DNA from: Rubripirellula sp.
GTDB lineage: Bacteria > Planctomycetota > Planctomycetia > Pirellulales > Pirellulaceae
Direction of reading: 5' to 3'
NCBI GenBank assembly: GCA_965216875.1
Contig: OZ244207.1
Span: forward strand, 7,392,001-7,456,000
DNA length: 64,000 nucleotides
Positions within the stretch are counted from its first letter, which is position 1, and the number at the start of each line of letters is the position of its first letter. The position numbers and the translations under genes are program-made. The notes under the pieces are model-generated. The model was not told the DNA's origin. It made no database searches and saw nothing but the letters and a program-made list of their open reading frames with translations. Of this stretch, positions 7,720 to 18,158 are shown one piece after another.

Positions 7720-8658
7720 CTAGGCGGCGCGACGGAGCGGCTGGTCGCTTTGAGTTTCCGGCAGGCTCAAGACCGGCTCGTCGTCATCAACGTCTGGCAT
7801 GACCGTCAGGTCGACGCGCTGTTGAAGCTGCTTGAGTTTCAACGGTGCGAGTGCTTGGCCTAGGGATTCAACCAGACGTGTTGGGTTTGTGATCGCTGCC
7901 AAGGCTGCGTTGGTGAGTGACCAGCCGAAGCCGCTCTTACCGTCGAACAAGCCTTGCAAGGCTCGAAGCGTTTGGCCTCGGGAAAACGACGACTTGTCGC
8001 CGATGGCATCCCCTTCCATTTCGACCAGACTCTCCGTTGCAACCACGCTTTGCCAACCGGCATCATCAAGGAGTTGCCCAAACGCATAGCTGGTCGAGAG
8101 CGTGTCGTTGCCACCATCAAACGCTTGCGACATGGCCACCGCGAGTTCGCGACGAAAGAAAGCCGCTTGAATATAGGGAGCGAATGATTTGGCAATCGAC
8201 TTCGTGCTCAGTTTCGACTCGCCCTTTCCAGCCGGCACGCAGAGTTTGGTGCCTGCATCGCACCAACCTGCCGCTGCAACCTCATCAACCGAAACGCCGC
8301 GAATCACTGGAGTCACCGCACCCGTGTCAGGATTCTCAAAACGCTCGACGGCGTCATCTGTCCAACCGGCGGTGGCTCGCAGCCCATCGCTTAGCACATG
8401 GACGATCTGGCCGTTAGCTGCTTCAAACGAAGCTGACAATAAACCTGCGTAGGACGCTGACTTGCCTGTCACAAAGCGAACTTCGTCGCAAAGGTCAAAA
8501 GGGTCTTCGTAGCCGCCGTCGTGAGCAACTAGGACTTCACAGTCACTCGGCCGATTCTCGAGCACGCTCACCAACGTATTTTCAAACGCAGGCAGATCTC
8601 GCCCGATCGGGATGACTACTGACAAACTCGGAATCGGAGGAAACTTAGGCACCGACAT
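7720..8658 (-). CDS. Glycosyltransferase family 2-like protein (start uncertain)
   Basis: LSVVIP...TLVSVL...EVLVAHDG GT-A N-terminal pattern; the DxD region looks degenerate. Confidence 0.65.
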   Translation of the reverse strand: MSVPKFPPIPSLSVVIPIGRDLPAFENTLVSVLENRPSDCEVLVAHDGGYEDPFDLCDEVRFVTGKSASYAGLLSASFEAANGQIVHVLSDGLRATAGWTDDAVERFENPDTGAVTPVIRGVSVDEVAAAGWCDAGTKLCVPAGKGESKLSTKSIAKSFAPYIQAAFFRRELAVAMSQAFDGGNDTLSTSYAFGQLLDDAGWQSVVATESLVEMEGDAIGDKSSFSRGQTLRALQGLFDGKSGFGWSLTNAALAAITNPTRLVESLGQALAPLKLKQLQQRVDLTVMPDVDDDEPVLSLPETQSDQPLRRAA

Positions 8659-8968
8659 CGTCCCAAATCTTTTCGACACAAGCCCGATGGCCTGGCGAGC
8701 CTGGCGGCCCGACAAGCGTGATGGCCCTGTCACTCACGCCAAATCAAGGTGTGGATTCACACAACGAACATTCATGGTGGACGGCAAGAGCCATCCGCTC
8801 TCCCTTTTCGGAAAAGCTGCTACAAAATGTTGAGCCGTTCGACATGCGAGAATTGGAAAGTCAGGAAGTTTGGTTAAGCCCCCTACGAAGGCATTTCCTA
8901 ATCGGCACAATTTAACAGCGGCCAAAGCGATGGCACGCGGAAAAAACACGAGTGAGAGGCGATCAAGG

Positions 8969-9955
8969 ATGCAAACCCGACTTCTTTCAACAGGCGGCCC
9001 CTCCGTCTCGGAAATCGGATTCGGTGCCTGGGCGATAGGCGGCCAATGGGGCCAACAGGATGACCAAGAGTCGCTTGCATCGTTGCACGAGGCGATCGAC
9101 CGCGGCGTCACGCTGATCGATACCGCCGCTGGCTACGGCGACGGACACAGCGAGCGACTGATCGGACAAGTGCTCAAAGAACGCAGCGAAGAGATCTTTG
9201 TTGCCACCAAGTCACCCCCCGATGCCGGGCCTTGGCCCCCCAGTCCCTATTGTCGCTGGCAAGATCGTTACTCGGCTGCCTACCTGCGCGACAACGTGAA
9301 TACGCGGCTTCGCAACCTCGGTACCGAACGGATCGACCTGCTTCAGCTGCACACGTGGACGCGAGCTTGGAACGATGACCCGCAACCGCTGCTCGTGCTT
9401 CGCCAACTTCGCGAAGAGGGCAAGATCAACCTGATCGGCGTCAGCACTCCCGAACAAGACCAGGATTGTGTGGTTCAGTTGATGCGCGACGGTTTGGTCG
9501 ATGTCGTTCAAGTGATCTTCAATTTGTTTCACCAAGAGCCGGCTGCACAGATCTTGCCCGTTGCCGCCGAGACCGGGACAGGCGTCATTGTGCGCGTCGC
9601 ACTCGACGAGGGTGTGTTGGCCGGAAAGTATGCCGCCGACCACGCGTTTGCTGAAGACGATTTTCGAAGCGCCTACTTTGCCGGCGACCGGATGCAACGT
9701 GCCGCCGAACGTGTCGAACAGGTTCGCGAGGATCTGCAACAGTTCGGCATCGACGACCAATACTCGCTTGCGGACGTCGCATTGAAATTTGCGCTTGCTC
9801 GATCGGAAGTCAGTTCCGTCATCGTTGGCATGCGCAACCGCGACCAAGTAACACGCAATACAAGAACGAGCCAACTCAAGGACCTACCTGCCGAACTCCT
9901 GAACCGACTGCAGCGTCACAATTGGCGGCGCGGTGTTTGGTACGGCGGCAAATAG
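8969..9955 (+). CDS. Aldo/keto reductase
   Basis: VSEIGFGAW, IDTAAGYG.GHSE, VATK, IDLLQLH catalytic tetrad motifs. Confidence 0.92.
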   Translation: MQTRLLSTGGPSVSEIGFGAWAIGGQWGQQDDQESLASLHEAIDRGVTLIDTAAGYGDGHSERLIGQVLKERSEEIFVATKSPPDAGPWPPSPYCRWQDRYSAAYLRDNVNTRLRNLGTERIDLLQLHTWTRAWNDDPQPLLVLRQLREEGKINLIGVSTPEQDQDCVVQLMRDGLVDVVQVIFNLFHQEPAAQILPVAAETGTGVIVRVALDEGVLAGKYAADHAFAEDDFRSAYFAGDRMQRAAERVEQVREDLQQFGIDDQYSLADVALKFALARSEVSSVIVGMRNRDQVTRNTRTSQLKDLPAELLNRLQRHNWRRGVWYGGK

Positions 9956-9960
9956 CCAAG

Positions 9961-10011
9961 CCCTGAGCCTGGAACACGCCTACGCCTGAAACAAGCCTAA
10001 GCCCGAAACAA
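9961..10011. repeat. Three degenerate 17-bp tandem units in an intergenic spacer
   Basis: ccctgagcctggaacac / gcctacgcctgaaacaa / gcctaagcccgaaacaa. Confidence 0.6.
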
Positions 10012-10027
10012 GATTGAGCGACTGTGA

Positions 10028-10834
10028 ATGACTGACCTAGCAAACATTCTGGATCACGCGACCAACGCCGCCAAATTGGGTGGCGATATCCTGATGCGAT
10101 ACTTTCGCGAAGGAGTTCAAATGCGTGACAAGTCGGACCAAGGTGGCAAGACTTATGATCTGGTCAGTGACGCGGACATTGAAAGTGAGAAAGCGGTCGC
10201 CGAATACCTACAGAAGCAGTTTCCAGGTCACGAACTGCTGGGCGAAGAGGCGCTCACCGGTTCCACCGACGCCGATCACTTATGGATCATCGATCCTCTT
10301 GATGGCACCAACAACTTTGCACACCAGGTGCCCCACTTTGCCGTTTCGATCGCCTACTACCAACATGGCGTGCCAACGGTCGGTGTTGTGTTGAATCCGG
10401 CACGCGACGAGCTGTTCACGGCAACCCGCGGTGGCGGCGCGATGCGCGACGGACAACCCGTATCGGTGAATGACGCCGAAACGCTCGCCAAGACGCTCAT
10501 CGGGTGTGGCTTCTACTACGACCGCGGTGCGATGATGCGTAGCACGCTTGCCGCGATTGAAGCCTTCTTTGAGTGTGACATTCACGGCATCCGCCGATTC
10601 GGAACAGCGGCGCTCGATTTGTGCCAAGTCGGTTGCGGTCAATTCGGCGGTTTCTTTGAATACCAACTCTCGCCATGGGACTTCGCCGCTGGACGACTGT
10701 TTGTCGAAGAGGCAGGCGGAACGGTTACGGATGCCAGGGGCGACACGATGCCTCTGGAAAAATCGAGTATCGTTGCCAGCAATGGAAAATTGCATGAAGC
10801 GATGATCGAGATCACAGCACGCCACCACCCCTAG
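10028..10834 (+). CDS. suhB: Inositol monophosphatase family (SuhB-like)
   Basis: LGEE, WIIDPLDGTNNF, PWDFAAG..VEEAGG motifs. Confidence 0.85.
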   Translation: MTDLANILDHATNAAKLGGDILMRYFREGVQMRDKSDQGGKTYDLVSDADIESEKAVAEYLQKQFPGHELLGEEALTGSTDADHLWIIDPLDGTNNFAHQVPHFAVSIAYYQHGVPTVGVVLNPARDELFTATRGGGAMRDGQPVSVNDAETLAKTLIGCGFYYDRGAMMRSTLAAIEAFFECDIHGIRRFGTAALDLCQVGCGQFGGFFEYQLSPWDFAAGRLFVEEAGGTVTDARGDTMPLEKSSIVASNGKLHEAMIEITARHHP

Positions 10835-10891
10835 CCGTTTTGTCGGTTACAACCAACGACTTCATCCAGCCGTCCGCTCGCTCAATTCATC

Positions 10892-12049
10892 ATGTCGACT
10901 CTAGATCACGCGATTGAATCGCTGAAACAACTCGTTTCGTTTCCGTCGGTAAGTGCGACAAGCAACGGCGAAGTTTCAACGGACGTCGCCGCGAAGCTTC
11001 GCGAACTCGGTTTTTCGGTCGAGCAAACGGAATACGACGATCCTCGTGGCGTGCGCAAAGTCAATTTGGTCGCGCGCCGAGATCCCACGTCATCGAACTC
11101 CGGCAAAGGTGGTCTTGCCTACTTTTGTCACACCGACGTTGTGCCGGCTGAGGGTTGGACCGGGCCGGGCGGTGATCCGTTTCGTGGGGTGATCGAAGGC
11201 GAACGGATCTTCGCACGCGGCTCTTGCGACATGAAAGGTTCTCTGGTCGCAATGATGTCGGCCGCTTCACTTGTCCCCCAAGAACAACAGACGCGGCCGA
11301 TTTGGATCGTTTGCACGGCCGACGAAGAGGTTGGGTTTGCCGGTGCAAAAGAGCTGGTTGCTGCATCGACCCAGTACAAGCGAATCGTCGAGGCTCAACC
11401 GCTCGCATTGATTGGCGAGCCGACTCGTTTGTCGGTGGTTCACGCACACAAGGGCATCACGGGTGGAAAGATCATCAGCCGTGGACGGGCCGCGCATAGT
11501 AGTACGACCGATGGTGTGAACGCCAATGAAGCGATGGTGCCGATGCTTCAGAAGTTGCTGGGGATTGCCGAGCGGACGCGCAGCGAAAAGAACTTGCAGG
11601 ACGATCGTTTTGATCCGCCCGTTCTGTCATGGAACTTTGGCGTTAGCGATCATTGCACGGCCGTCAACATCACACCCGATCGAAGCGTCGCCTGGTTCAG
11701 TTTGCGGCCCATGCCGAACATCGATGGCAGCGGCTTGATCGATGAAGTCAAAGCGACTGCTGAGTCACTTGGTCTTGAGTTTGAGCTCTTTGAAGGGGGC
11801 GAGCCGTTTTGGCAAGAAGCGGATGCCGATTCGATCCAAGCGTTGTGCGAACTGGCGGGCGGCGACCCGCACACGGTTTGTTATGGCACCGACGGCGGCG
11901 AATTCGCAGAGCTCAAACATCGCGTCGTTTGCGGTCCAGGCGACATCGCTCAAGCACACACGACCGACGAATTCCTCGAGATCGATCAGCTCAACAAAGG
12001 AATCGAACTCTACCGGCGAACGATCGAAAAGTGGTGCACAGGTTCGTAG
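10892..12049 (+). CDS. argE: M20 family acetylornithine deacetylase (ArgE-like)
   Basis: HTDVVP, RGSCDMKG, ADEEVG, IGEPT, GPGDIAQAHTTDE. Confidence 0.8.
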   Translation: MSTLDHAIESLKQLVSFPSVSATSNGEVSTDVAAKLRELGFSVEQTEYDDPRGVRKVNLVARRDPTSSNSGKGGLAYFCHTDVVPAEGWTGPGGDPFRGVIEGERIFARGSCDMKGSLVAMMSAASLVPQEQQTRPIWIVCTADEEVGFAGAKELVAASTQYKRIVEAQPLALIGEPTRLSVVHAHKGITGGKIISRGRAAHSSTTDGVNANEAMVPMLQKLLGIAERTRSEKNLQDDRFDPPVLSWNFGVSDHCTAVNITPDRSVAWFSLRPMPNIDGSGLIDEVKATAESLGLEFELFEGGEPFWQEADADSIQALCELAGGDPHTVCYGTDGGEFAELKHRVVCGPGDIAQAHTTDEFLEIDQLNKGIELYRRTIEKWCTGS

Positions 12050-12079
12050 GTTTCGCGGTCTTCAGTTTGGGCGAGAAGA

Positions 12080-12215
12080 AGAAACCACGGATTGCACGAA
12101 TCACACGGATGGAAATTTGTGTGTGCTGGAACGGAGGGCCCGAGGCCTGACGGCCGGCGGCTCATGTGATTGCGCTAAGAGGCGATCGGGTCGGGTAACG
12201 CGAATTGCACGAACC
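12080..12215. repeat. Intergenic repeat cluster
   Basis: aaccacggattgcacgaatcacacggat (related copies ~34375-34400 and ~39270) and gggcccgaggcctgacggccggcggctca at 12136-12164 (near-identical at 23987-24015). Confidence 0.7.
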
Positions 12216-12218
12216 AGG

Positions 12219-13979
12219 TTAGACCGCGGCGAGCGATTTGGCGACGCGCCAGTCGACGAGGTGGATTTCTACTTTACGCATACCGCGAAACTCGTTGATC
12301 ACCGGTCGGTACGCGATCTCGATTGGCCCATCGGTTTCATTCAGGTCGTCACACCAGTCACCGGCGCTGAAGGCGACCGCGCGAACGACTTTGCTTCCTT
12401 GACGCAAGTTGACGGTCAGGTGTCGGTCGCCGCCGCCCATCCGTCGCGCGGGTGCGTCGAGTTCAACGTCACGGCAGTAGAGAATCGGGCGAGGGTTGCC
12501 AGCACCAAACGGCGCGAGCATTTCCATCTGTTTGACCGTTTCGAGATTCAGTTGCACGAACGGCGCTTCGGCATCAATCGTGATTTCGGGAACGATCTCT
12601 TTGTCGGTCCATTGTTTTGCGACCGCTTCACAGAAGTCCCCGCGAAACGCTTCGAGGTCTTTCTCTTCGACGGTGATGCCGGCTGCTGCTTTGTGGCCGC
12701 CGAATTTCACCAGCCGGTCACTGCATTCATCGAGTGCTGCGTAGAGGTCTACTTCGGTGCCGCCAACGCGACCCGAGCCAACGCCCGCGACTTTTCCTGC
12801 GGTATCGAGCGAGATCACGATCACCGGCTTGGCGTACTTGTCGGCCAAGCGTCCAGCGACGACGCCGATGACGCCTTGGTGCCATCCGACGCCTGCAAGC
12901 ACAAGTGCGGCATCGCCTTCGGGGTCGAACTCGCTCTTGGCTTGCTTTTGTGCGGCCAAGTAAACGCTGCGCTGAAGACTGTCGCGGCTACTGTTGAGTT
13001 GGTCGATGTACTCGGCGAGGGCTTTTGCGCGATCGCCAGCGGATGTCGTTAGCAACTCGACGGCAAGCTGAGCCTGACCGAGTCGACCGGCGGCGTTCAA
13101 CCGCGGTGCCAACGTGAAGGCGATGCTTTCGGTGTTCAGCGTCGAGACTTCGTCGAGCTTGGTGATCGACATTAGGTCGACCAATCCGGGGATCGGTTCC
13201 AGCCGTAGCATCCGAATCCCGTGTTCGACCAGGATTCGGTTTTCGTCAAGCAAAGGAACGACGTCGGCAACCGTACCTATCGCTGCCAGCGAGAGCGATT
13301 GCATCAAGTAACGACGAAGTGGCTCGCTTACTTTTTTCGAGCCGCACATCTCTTGGCAGAGCGCCCAGGCGAGTTTGAAGGCGACGCCTGCGCCGCACAA
13401 TTCGCCGAATGGGTACGCGGTGCCTGGAAGGCGCGGGTGAACCACTGCATCGGCGTCAGGTAATTCACCGCCGATGGTGTGGTGGTCGGTGATGATCAGT
13501 TGGACGCCGAGCTCTTTGCACAGCTTGGCATGCTCGACGCTGGTGATGCCACAGTCGACCGAGATGATCAATCGTTTCCCACGCTCGACCAGCTTTTCGA
13601 TCGCCGCCTGGTTTAAGCCGTAGCCATCTTCGAGTCGGTTGGGAACGTGGTAACTGACATCGGCACCGAGCAGGCGAAGTCCGTTGACCAGAATGGCGCT
13701 GCCTGTCATGCCATCGCAATCGTAGTCGCCATAGACAACGATCGGAGTCTTGTCTTTGACCGCCTGAACCAAGATCGGGACGGCTTTCGCGATACCGGGC
13801 AACTCAAGTGGGTCGCGCAAACCCATGAGTTTGGTGTCGAGGAATTGCGACGCGCTTTCAGCGTCGTAGACACCGCGGCTGACAAGAAGTTGAGCGACGA
13901 AGGGAGGCAGGCGACTTGCGGCAATCAGTTGCTCGACGCGAGCGGCGTCGTGCGGGATGATGCGCCAACGTCGTTGCAT
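12219..13979 (-). CDS. recJ: Single-stranded-DNA-specific exonuclease RecJ
   Basis: YGDYDCDG, PNRLEDGYG, TDHH, GTVADVVPL, APRLNAAGRL, FGGHKAAAG, PFGAGNP. Confidence 0.96.
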   Translation of the reverse strand: MQRRWRIIPHDAARVEQLIAASRLPPFVAQLLVSRGVYDAESASQFLDTKLMGLRDPLELPGIAKAVPILVQAVKDKTPIVVYGDYDCDGMTGSAILVNGLRLLGADVSYHVPNRLEDGYGLNQAAIEKLVERGKRLIISVDCGITSVEHAKLCKELGVQLIITDHHTIGGELPDADAVVHPRLPGTAYPFGELCGAGVAFKLAWALCQEMCGSKKVSEPLRRYLMQSLSLAAIGTVADVVPLLDENRILVEHGIRMLRLEPIPGLVDLMSITKLDEVSTLNTESIAFTLAPRLNAAGRLGQAQLAVELLTTSAGDRAKALAEYIDQLNSSRDSLQRSVYLAAQKQAKSEFDPEGDAALVLAGVGWHQGVIGVVAGRLADKYAKPVIVISLDTAGKVAGVGSGRVGGTEVDLYAALDECSDRLVKFGGHKAAAGITVEEKDLEAFRGDFCEAVAKQWTDKEIVPEITIDAEAPFVQLNLETVKQMEMLAPFGAGNPRPILYCRDVELDAPARRMGGGDRHLTVNLRQGSKVVRAVAFSAGDWCDDLNETDGPIEIAYRPVINEFRGMRKVEIHLVDWRVAKSLAAV

Positions 13980-14174
13980 CCTCTCACTCCTGCGTCCTTG
14001 CGTGGGTGCGCTCGTGGTTTCGCGATCTCTGCGAAACGAGCCACCCAGTGGCGAACCTAAATTAAAGGAGGCGGGTGCATCGACCCGCCTGATCAACATT
14101 GGAGCCGGGGATTCGCGTCAGGCGCTCGGGGCGCTGCGCATCGATCGCCGGCTCATTCGGCACGTTGGAAGTGC

Positions 14175-14342
14175 TTACTTCTTCTTCTCGGTATGCCAAG
14201 TGTGTTTGCGAAGTCGTGTGCTGTATTTCTTCAGACGCAACTTCTCACCGCCAGGCTTTCGCTTGAGGGTGTAGTTGTAGTCGCCGGTTTCTTCGCAGAC
14301 CAAAAAGATCGTTTCAGCCTTTTTCTTTGAGCGGCCAGCCAT
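14175..14342 (-). CDS. rpmG: 50S ribosomal protein L33 (55 aa, absent from the ORF track)
   Basis: Own translation: MAGRSKKKAETIFLVCEETGDYNYTLKRKPGGEKLRLKKYSTRLRKHTWHTEKKK. Confidence 0.95.
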   Translation of the reverse strand: MAGRSKKKAETIFLVCEETGDYNYTLKRKPGGEKLRLKKYSTRLRKHTWHTEKKK

Positions 14343-14389
14343 CTCGGAATCTCTATTCTGTTACGGTTTGTTCGTGATTTGGGGGCCTG

Positions 14390-14419
14390 ATTATGCCAAC
14401 CGGGCCCCATTTTCGGCAA
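14390..14419 (-). promoter_or_regulatory. Candidate sigma70 promoter for rpmG(-recJ)
   Basis: Minus strand TTGCCG-N18-CATAAT with TG extended -10. Confidence 0.5.
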
Positions 14420-14585
14420 CCCTTCCGAGCTGCTTTTTTTCGTCGGGGGTTTGCGTGGCCGCTGCAGTCCGTTTTTTCGTGCGATTTGGTGCGAGCAAGC
14501 AGGGACTCGACGGCTGTTTTCGTGCGATTTGGTGCGTGGGAGTAGGCACCCGAGCGCTGTTTTGCGGCGAAAACCTGTGGTGCAG

Positions 14586-14906
14586 CTACTCCATCAGGGC
14601 CTCTTTGATGGCTCGGACGACCCCCTGTCGGCTGGGGGCGAGCGGGATTATCGAGTCGACATCGACGCCCAAGACCTTCCCGAGCCGGATCGCCAAGTCG
14701 ACGTCGCGGACCCCGTGGTACTGGTTGGTTGGCGCGTTTTCGACGTAGATCGTTTGGCTGTCCGAGCGGTAGCCCGACTCGAATGCGTCGGCCATTTCCT
14801 CGATCCAGGCCTCAGGCACTCCCGCCTGGCGGCAGGTTTCAACGCTCCAAATCTCGTCGCCACTGCACTGCGAAATCAGGGCATACGCTTTGTCTTGCGA
14901 AATCAT
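14586..14906 (-). CDS. Hypothetical protein (106 aa)
   Basis: 4-nt ATGA overlap with the upstream gene; normal composition. Confidence 0.75.
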   Translation of the reverse strand: MISQDKAYALISQCSGDEIWSVETCRQAGVPEAWIEEMADAFESGYRSDSQTIYVENAPTNQYHGVRDVDLAIRLGKVLGVDVDSIIPLAPSRQGVVRAIKEALME

Positions 14907-15259
14907 GAATCGGAAAGAAGCTCGTCGATTTTGGCAGCCACAATGAAGTCGTTTTCGCTCAGGCCGCCAATCGCGTGAGTGGTCAGCTCGATCCGAACCT
15001 TGCGATAGCCCGTCAAATGCAAGTCGGGGTGATGCTGTTCGGTTTCAGCAACGTCCGCGATCGCGTTGAGCAATTTCATCGCGGCAACAAAGTGCTTGCA
15101 GGTGACTTTGCGAAAGATCGCCTTGCCCGATTCGTCCAGCGTCCACTCGGGCGTCGCCTCGACGTACTTGGTGGCGTCCTCTTTTTCGATCGCCGGCACA
15201 CCACCTTCACAAGGAAGGCACTTGGCTTGCCGAAGCGATTCGGTTGTTGGTTGGTTCAT
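14903..15259 (-). CDS. Pterin-4-alpha-carbinolamine dehydratase
   Basis: CLPCEGG, AETEQHHPDL, LTTHAIGGLSENDFIVAAKID. Confidence 0.93.
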   Translation of the reverse strand: MNQPTTESLRQAKCLPCEGGVPAIEKEDATKYVEATPEWTLDESGKAIFRKVTCKHFVAAMKLLNAIADVAETEQHHPDLHLTGYRKVRIELTTHAIGGLSENDFIVAAKIDELLSDS

Positions 15260-15330
15260 GGGTGTTGGCGTGGTTTGGGATTGGTATTGAAGAACCGGCG
15301 GCTGGTGTTGCGGATTGGATTACCGGCAAT

Positions 15331-15439
15331 CACCCTCCCGCTTGCGGGAGGGTCGGACGCAAAGTCCGGGGAGGGAATGATTCTCTTGAAACAAACCCTC
15401 TCCGGGCCTTAGAGGCCGACTCTCCCGAGGGAGAGTGTT
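15331..15439. repeat. ~108-bp dispersed palindromic element, copy 1
   Basis: caccctcccgcttgcgggagggtcggacgcaaagtccggggaggg...ccctctccgggcctt...ccgactctccc.agggagagtg; near-identical copy at 52312-52418. Confidence 0.9.
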
Positions 15440-15514
15440 GCAGTTTGCAGCGTTCGAGGCCCGGCCGCTTACGTGATCACGGCTTACTTATTCACTCAAG
15501 GCGGTACGACAAAC

Positions 15515-17989
15515 TCAACGGGCGATTGTCTTTAGATCAAACCGGATCCCTTTGTGAAACCCGACGCCCTGGGGTGCCGAGCCGTAGCCGGTGATGTCAC
15601 GGGCGATGGTCACAATGTCGGTGATTGTGATCACGCCCAAACTGTCCTCCTTGGTCAAGTAAAGAAAGCTGCTGCCACGCTTCACTTCCGAGTTGCCGGT
15701 GTTCGCGTTTCGAGCCATCAGCATCATGTCGTCGACCGAGTCACCCTTCGGGAGCTGGCCAGCCGCGATTCGTTTGTCGAGGTTACGTGCGTCGAGCGAG
15801 TCGATCTCCCAAAGTTTCAATCCGATGCCGCGCAGCACGTAAGGGCTTTCACCTTCTTGGGCATCGCGTTTGACACAAATCAAATCGCACCCCTCTCTGC
15901 TGGCCCAGCTTTCGACCGATTCAATGTCACCCGCCGCTTGCTTCCACTCGATCGACTTTGGCCATGCCGGTGATCGTCCCGTGTCGAGGTCCAAGAAAAA
16001 GTCTTTGTACTTGCCCGGTTTGTCGCCGATGGGGCAAACGACCATGCCGCTGATGTGCCGATCGATTTGAGGACTCTCGCCGAGATCGAGGCCGGTCGGG
16101 AAGGTGCTCGGGTCGATCTCTGGCAGCGGTTTGAGGTTCACTTTGGCGTAGGCTTTGTCGACATCAAAGTCGGACCAGTTTGCTTCCCACCACTTTGCCC
16201 ACGTTTCGGCATTGCCCTGGTAGCGTTCTTGTTGCATGCGGTGCAATCGCCGGTCTTTGCTGCGGCTGATTGAAAAGAGGTCTTGTTCGTCAAACTTTTT
16301 GCCAGTGATCGACTGCAACGCACCGAAGAGTTCGCGAACGGGGCGGCCAAAATCGAAATAGTTGCCACGCGACTTGCCGAGTTCATGCTGCTGCATGAAG
16401 GCGGCCAGGTCTTGGTTTTCGACGATCAGGCCATAGTCGCTCATTGATGGCTGAAGCCCTTTCGGGATCGCACGGATGAGCGCTGGAACGCTGCGCGGGT
16501 CGTTGATGGCGCGAAGTGCGAACCCGAGTCGTCGCAACATGCGTTGTTTGTTGGTTCGTTCGAGTTCGTCACAGAGTGCTGGTACGGCGGGCGACCCAAT
16601 TTCAACGAGGTCACGCATCATAAGGCACCAAAGTTCGGTCTCGTCGACCGTGTTGTTGAGCGCGCGGAAGTGTTCGATGATCGCTTTGATCCGGGCTTCC
16701 TTGTCGGCCGGCAATCTGGCGAAGACCTTGCGAGCCTCGGCCATCTTTTCGTCGCCGGTCTTTCGAACTTCTTGCGTGATCACACAGTCGATCGTTTCGC
16801 CCTCGGCAACCATGATCGGTTTTGCTTCGCGGGTCCAAAGCATGCGATCGGTGTGCAGGTTCAGGGTGTAGGGGAAGTTTTCGCCCGCCGCGGCCCTCAA
16901 TCGAAACCGCCCGTCGTCGTCGACCATCACGAGCGTTTCTTGTCCCATCGGTCGGCTCGGACCGCGCAGGCCAATGCGAACACGTTCGCCCTGTTCGATC
17001 CGGACGACCGGCTTTCCGGTTGTGGGGTGAACGACTTGGCCTGTGATCCAGCCGCCTTCGCTGACGACAAACGGTTCAAGTTGGACCGGCTTGCCCGCAG
17101 CACATTCAATGTCCTTCAATCCACTGGCAACGAAGTTTGGGTCCTCGACCATGATGTGGTAATTGCACTCGGGCACGACGACGGCAAACGATCCGTCTTT
17201 GTCTGTATTCACGACGCGCGTGGTCGAGTGATCCGTTGCGCGAAGTGAGACGAGGGTGTTTGCCATCGCGTTACCCTCTTGGTCGACGATCGATCCACGA
17301 ACCAAGCATCCCGTTGGCATTCGCAGTTCGGCGAAACCCGGGATGTCGTTGATTTGAAAGTCCTTGCGACCTGCCAAGTCACTGTCGACCGTGATCTGGA
17401 TCGAGTTTGATTTGGGGTCGGGCCCAACAACGATCGGCATGCGTTCGATTTCAAACAGGCCTTCCTCGTCCGTCGTGTCGCACAGCAGTCCAACGGCGCA
17501 TGTTGCACGGTTGTAGGCACGGTAGACCGTCGCGCCGACGACGGGGTTGCCTGCCGAATCGAGGACGCGTCCTCGCAGCGTGGCCTGCTTGGGATCGACG
17601 GCGATCTTCAATGGGCGTCCATTGGGATCGGTGAAAACGTAGCCGGCAAAGACGGGGCGATTCGGGGCGTCGACGACCAATCGGTAGCCGAGCGATTCAA
17701 AGCGAAGCTGATTGGGAGGATCGAGACCTTCAAATGTGAACTCGCCCTCTTCGCCCGAGAGTGTCGCGTCAATCAATTCTGGGGCTTCGGTGGGCCCGCG
17801 GACGGCGATCAGTTGGACGTTCGCGCCGGCGATTCCCTTGCCGGTCGCTTTGTCGAGGATCGATCCTTGGACGCTGTAGGTCGGTTCGAGATCCTGGGCT
17901 TGCACCTCGATGGGGCTCAGCGAGCCGAAAAGGACCGCCCCTAAACCGACGAGGAAGAGAAGTGCCCGTAGCGGGAGTTGAATCGACAT
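15515..17989 (-). CDS. Secreted multidomain protein: carboxypeptidase-regulatory-like beta repeats plus a HEAT-like helical region
   Basis: Signal peptide; repeated G.V.D..G.P..GA.V / T D..G.F motifs; LVEIGSPAVPAL...LRAINDPRSVPALI. Confidence 0.75.
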   Translation of the reverse strand: MSIQLPLRALLFLVGLGAVLFGSLSPIEVQAQDLEPTYSVQGSILDKATGKGIAGANVQLIAVRGPTEAPELIDATLSGEEGEFTFEGLDPPNQLRFESLGYRLVVDAPNRPVFAGYVFTDPNGRPLKIAVDPKQATLRGRVLDSAGNPVVGATVYRAYNRATCAVGLLCDTTDEEGLFEIERMPIVVGPDPKSNSIQITVDSDLAGRKDFQINDIPGFAELRMPTGCLVRGSIVDQEGNAMANTLVSLRATDHSTTRVVNTDKDGSFAVVVPECNYHIMVEDPNFVASGLKDIECAAGKPVQLEPFVVSEGGWITGQVVHPTTGKPVVRIEQGERVRIGLRGPSRPMGQETLVMVDDDGRFRLRAAAGENFPYTLNLHTDRMLWTREAKPIMVAEGETIDCVITQEVRKTGDEKMAEARKVFARLPADKEARIKAIIEHFRALNNTVDETELWCLMMRDLVEIGSPAVPALCDELERTNKQRMLRRLGFALRAINDPRSVPALIRAIPKGLQPSMSDYGLIVENQDLAAFMQQHELGKSRGNYFDFGRPVRELFGALQSITGKKFDEQDLFSISRSKDRRLHRMQQERYQGNAETWAKWWEANWSDFDVDKAYAKVNLKPLPEIDPSTFPTGLDLGESPQIDRHISGMVVCPIGDKPGKYKDFFLDLDTGRSPAWPKSIEWKQAAGDIESVESWASREGCDLICVKRDAQEGESPYVLRGIGLKLWEIDSLDARNLDKRIAAGQLPKGDSVDDMMLMARNANTGNSEVKRGSSFLYLTKEDSLGVITITDIVTIARDITGYGSAPQGVGFHKGIRFDLKTIAR

Positions 17990-18158
17990 AGCTATCCCCT
18001 AACGTCCGTTCGATGCGCCGAATCGGCAGGCCTCTGTCCCAGTGAGTTTCCCAACCTCTCGGGTTTACCACGCTCCCGAGCGGCGAGCAAGAATTTTGCT
18101 AAGCGCCGGGTGGGCTGTGATCCGAGGAAAAAAACTCCGAAAGCGAGGCCGATTGGAG

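Noticed and set aside
14231..14419. 62-aa ORF in the track overlapping rpmG
   Set aside because: Wrong frame; the real gene is L33 at 14175-14342.
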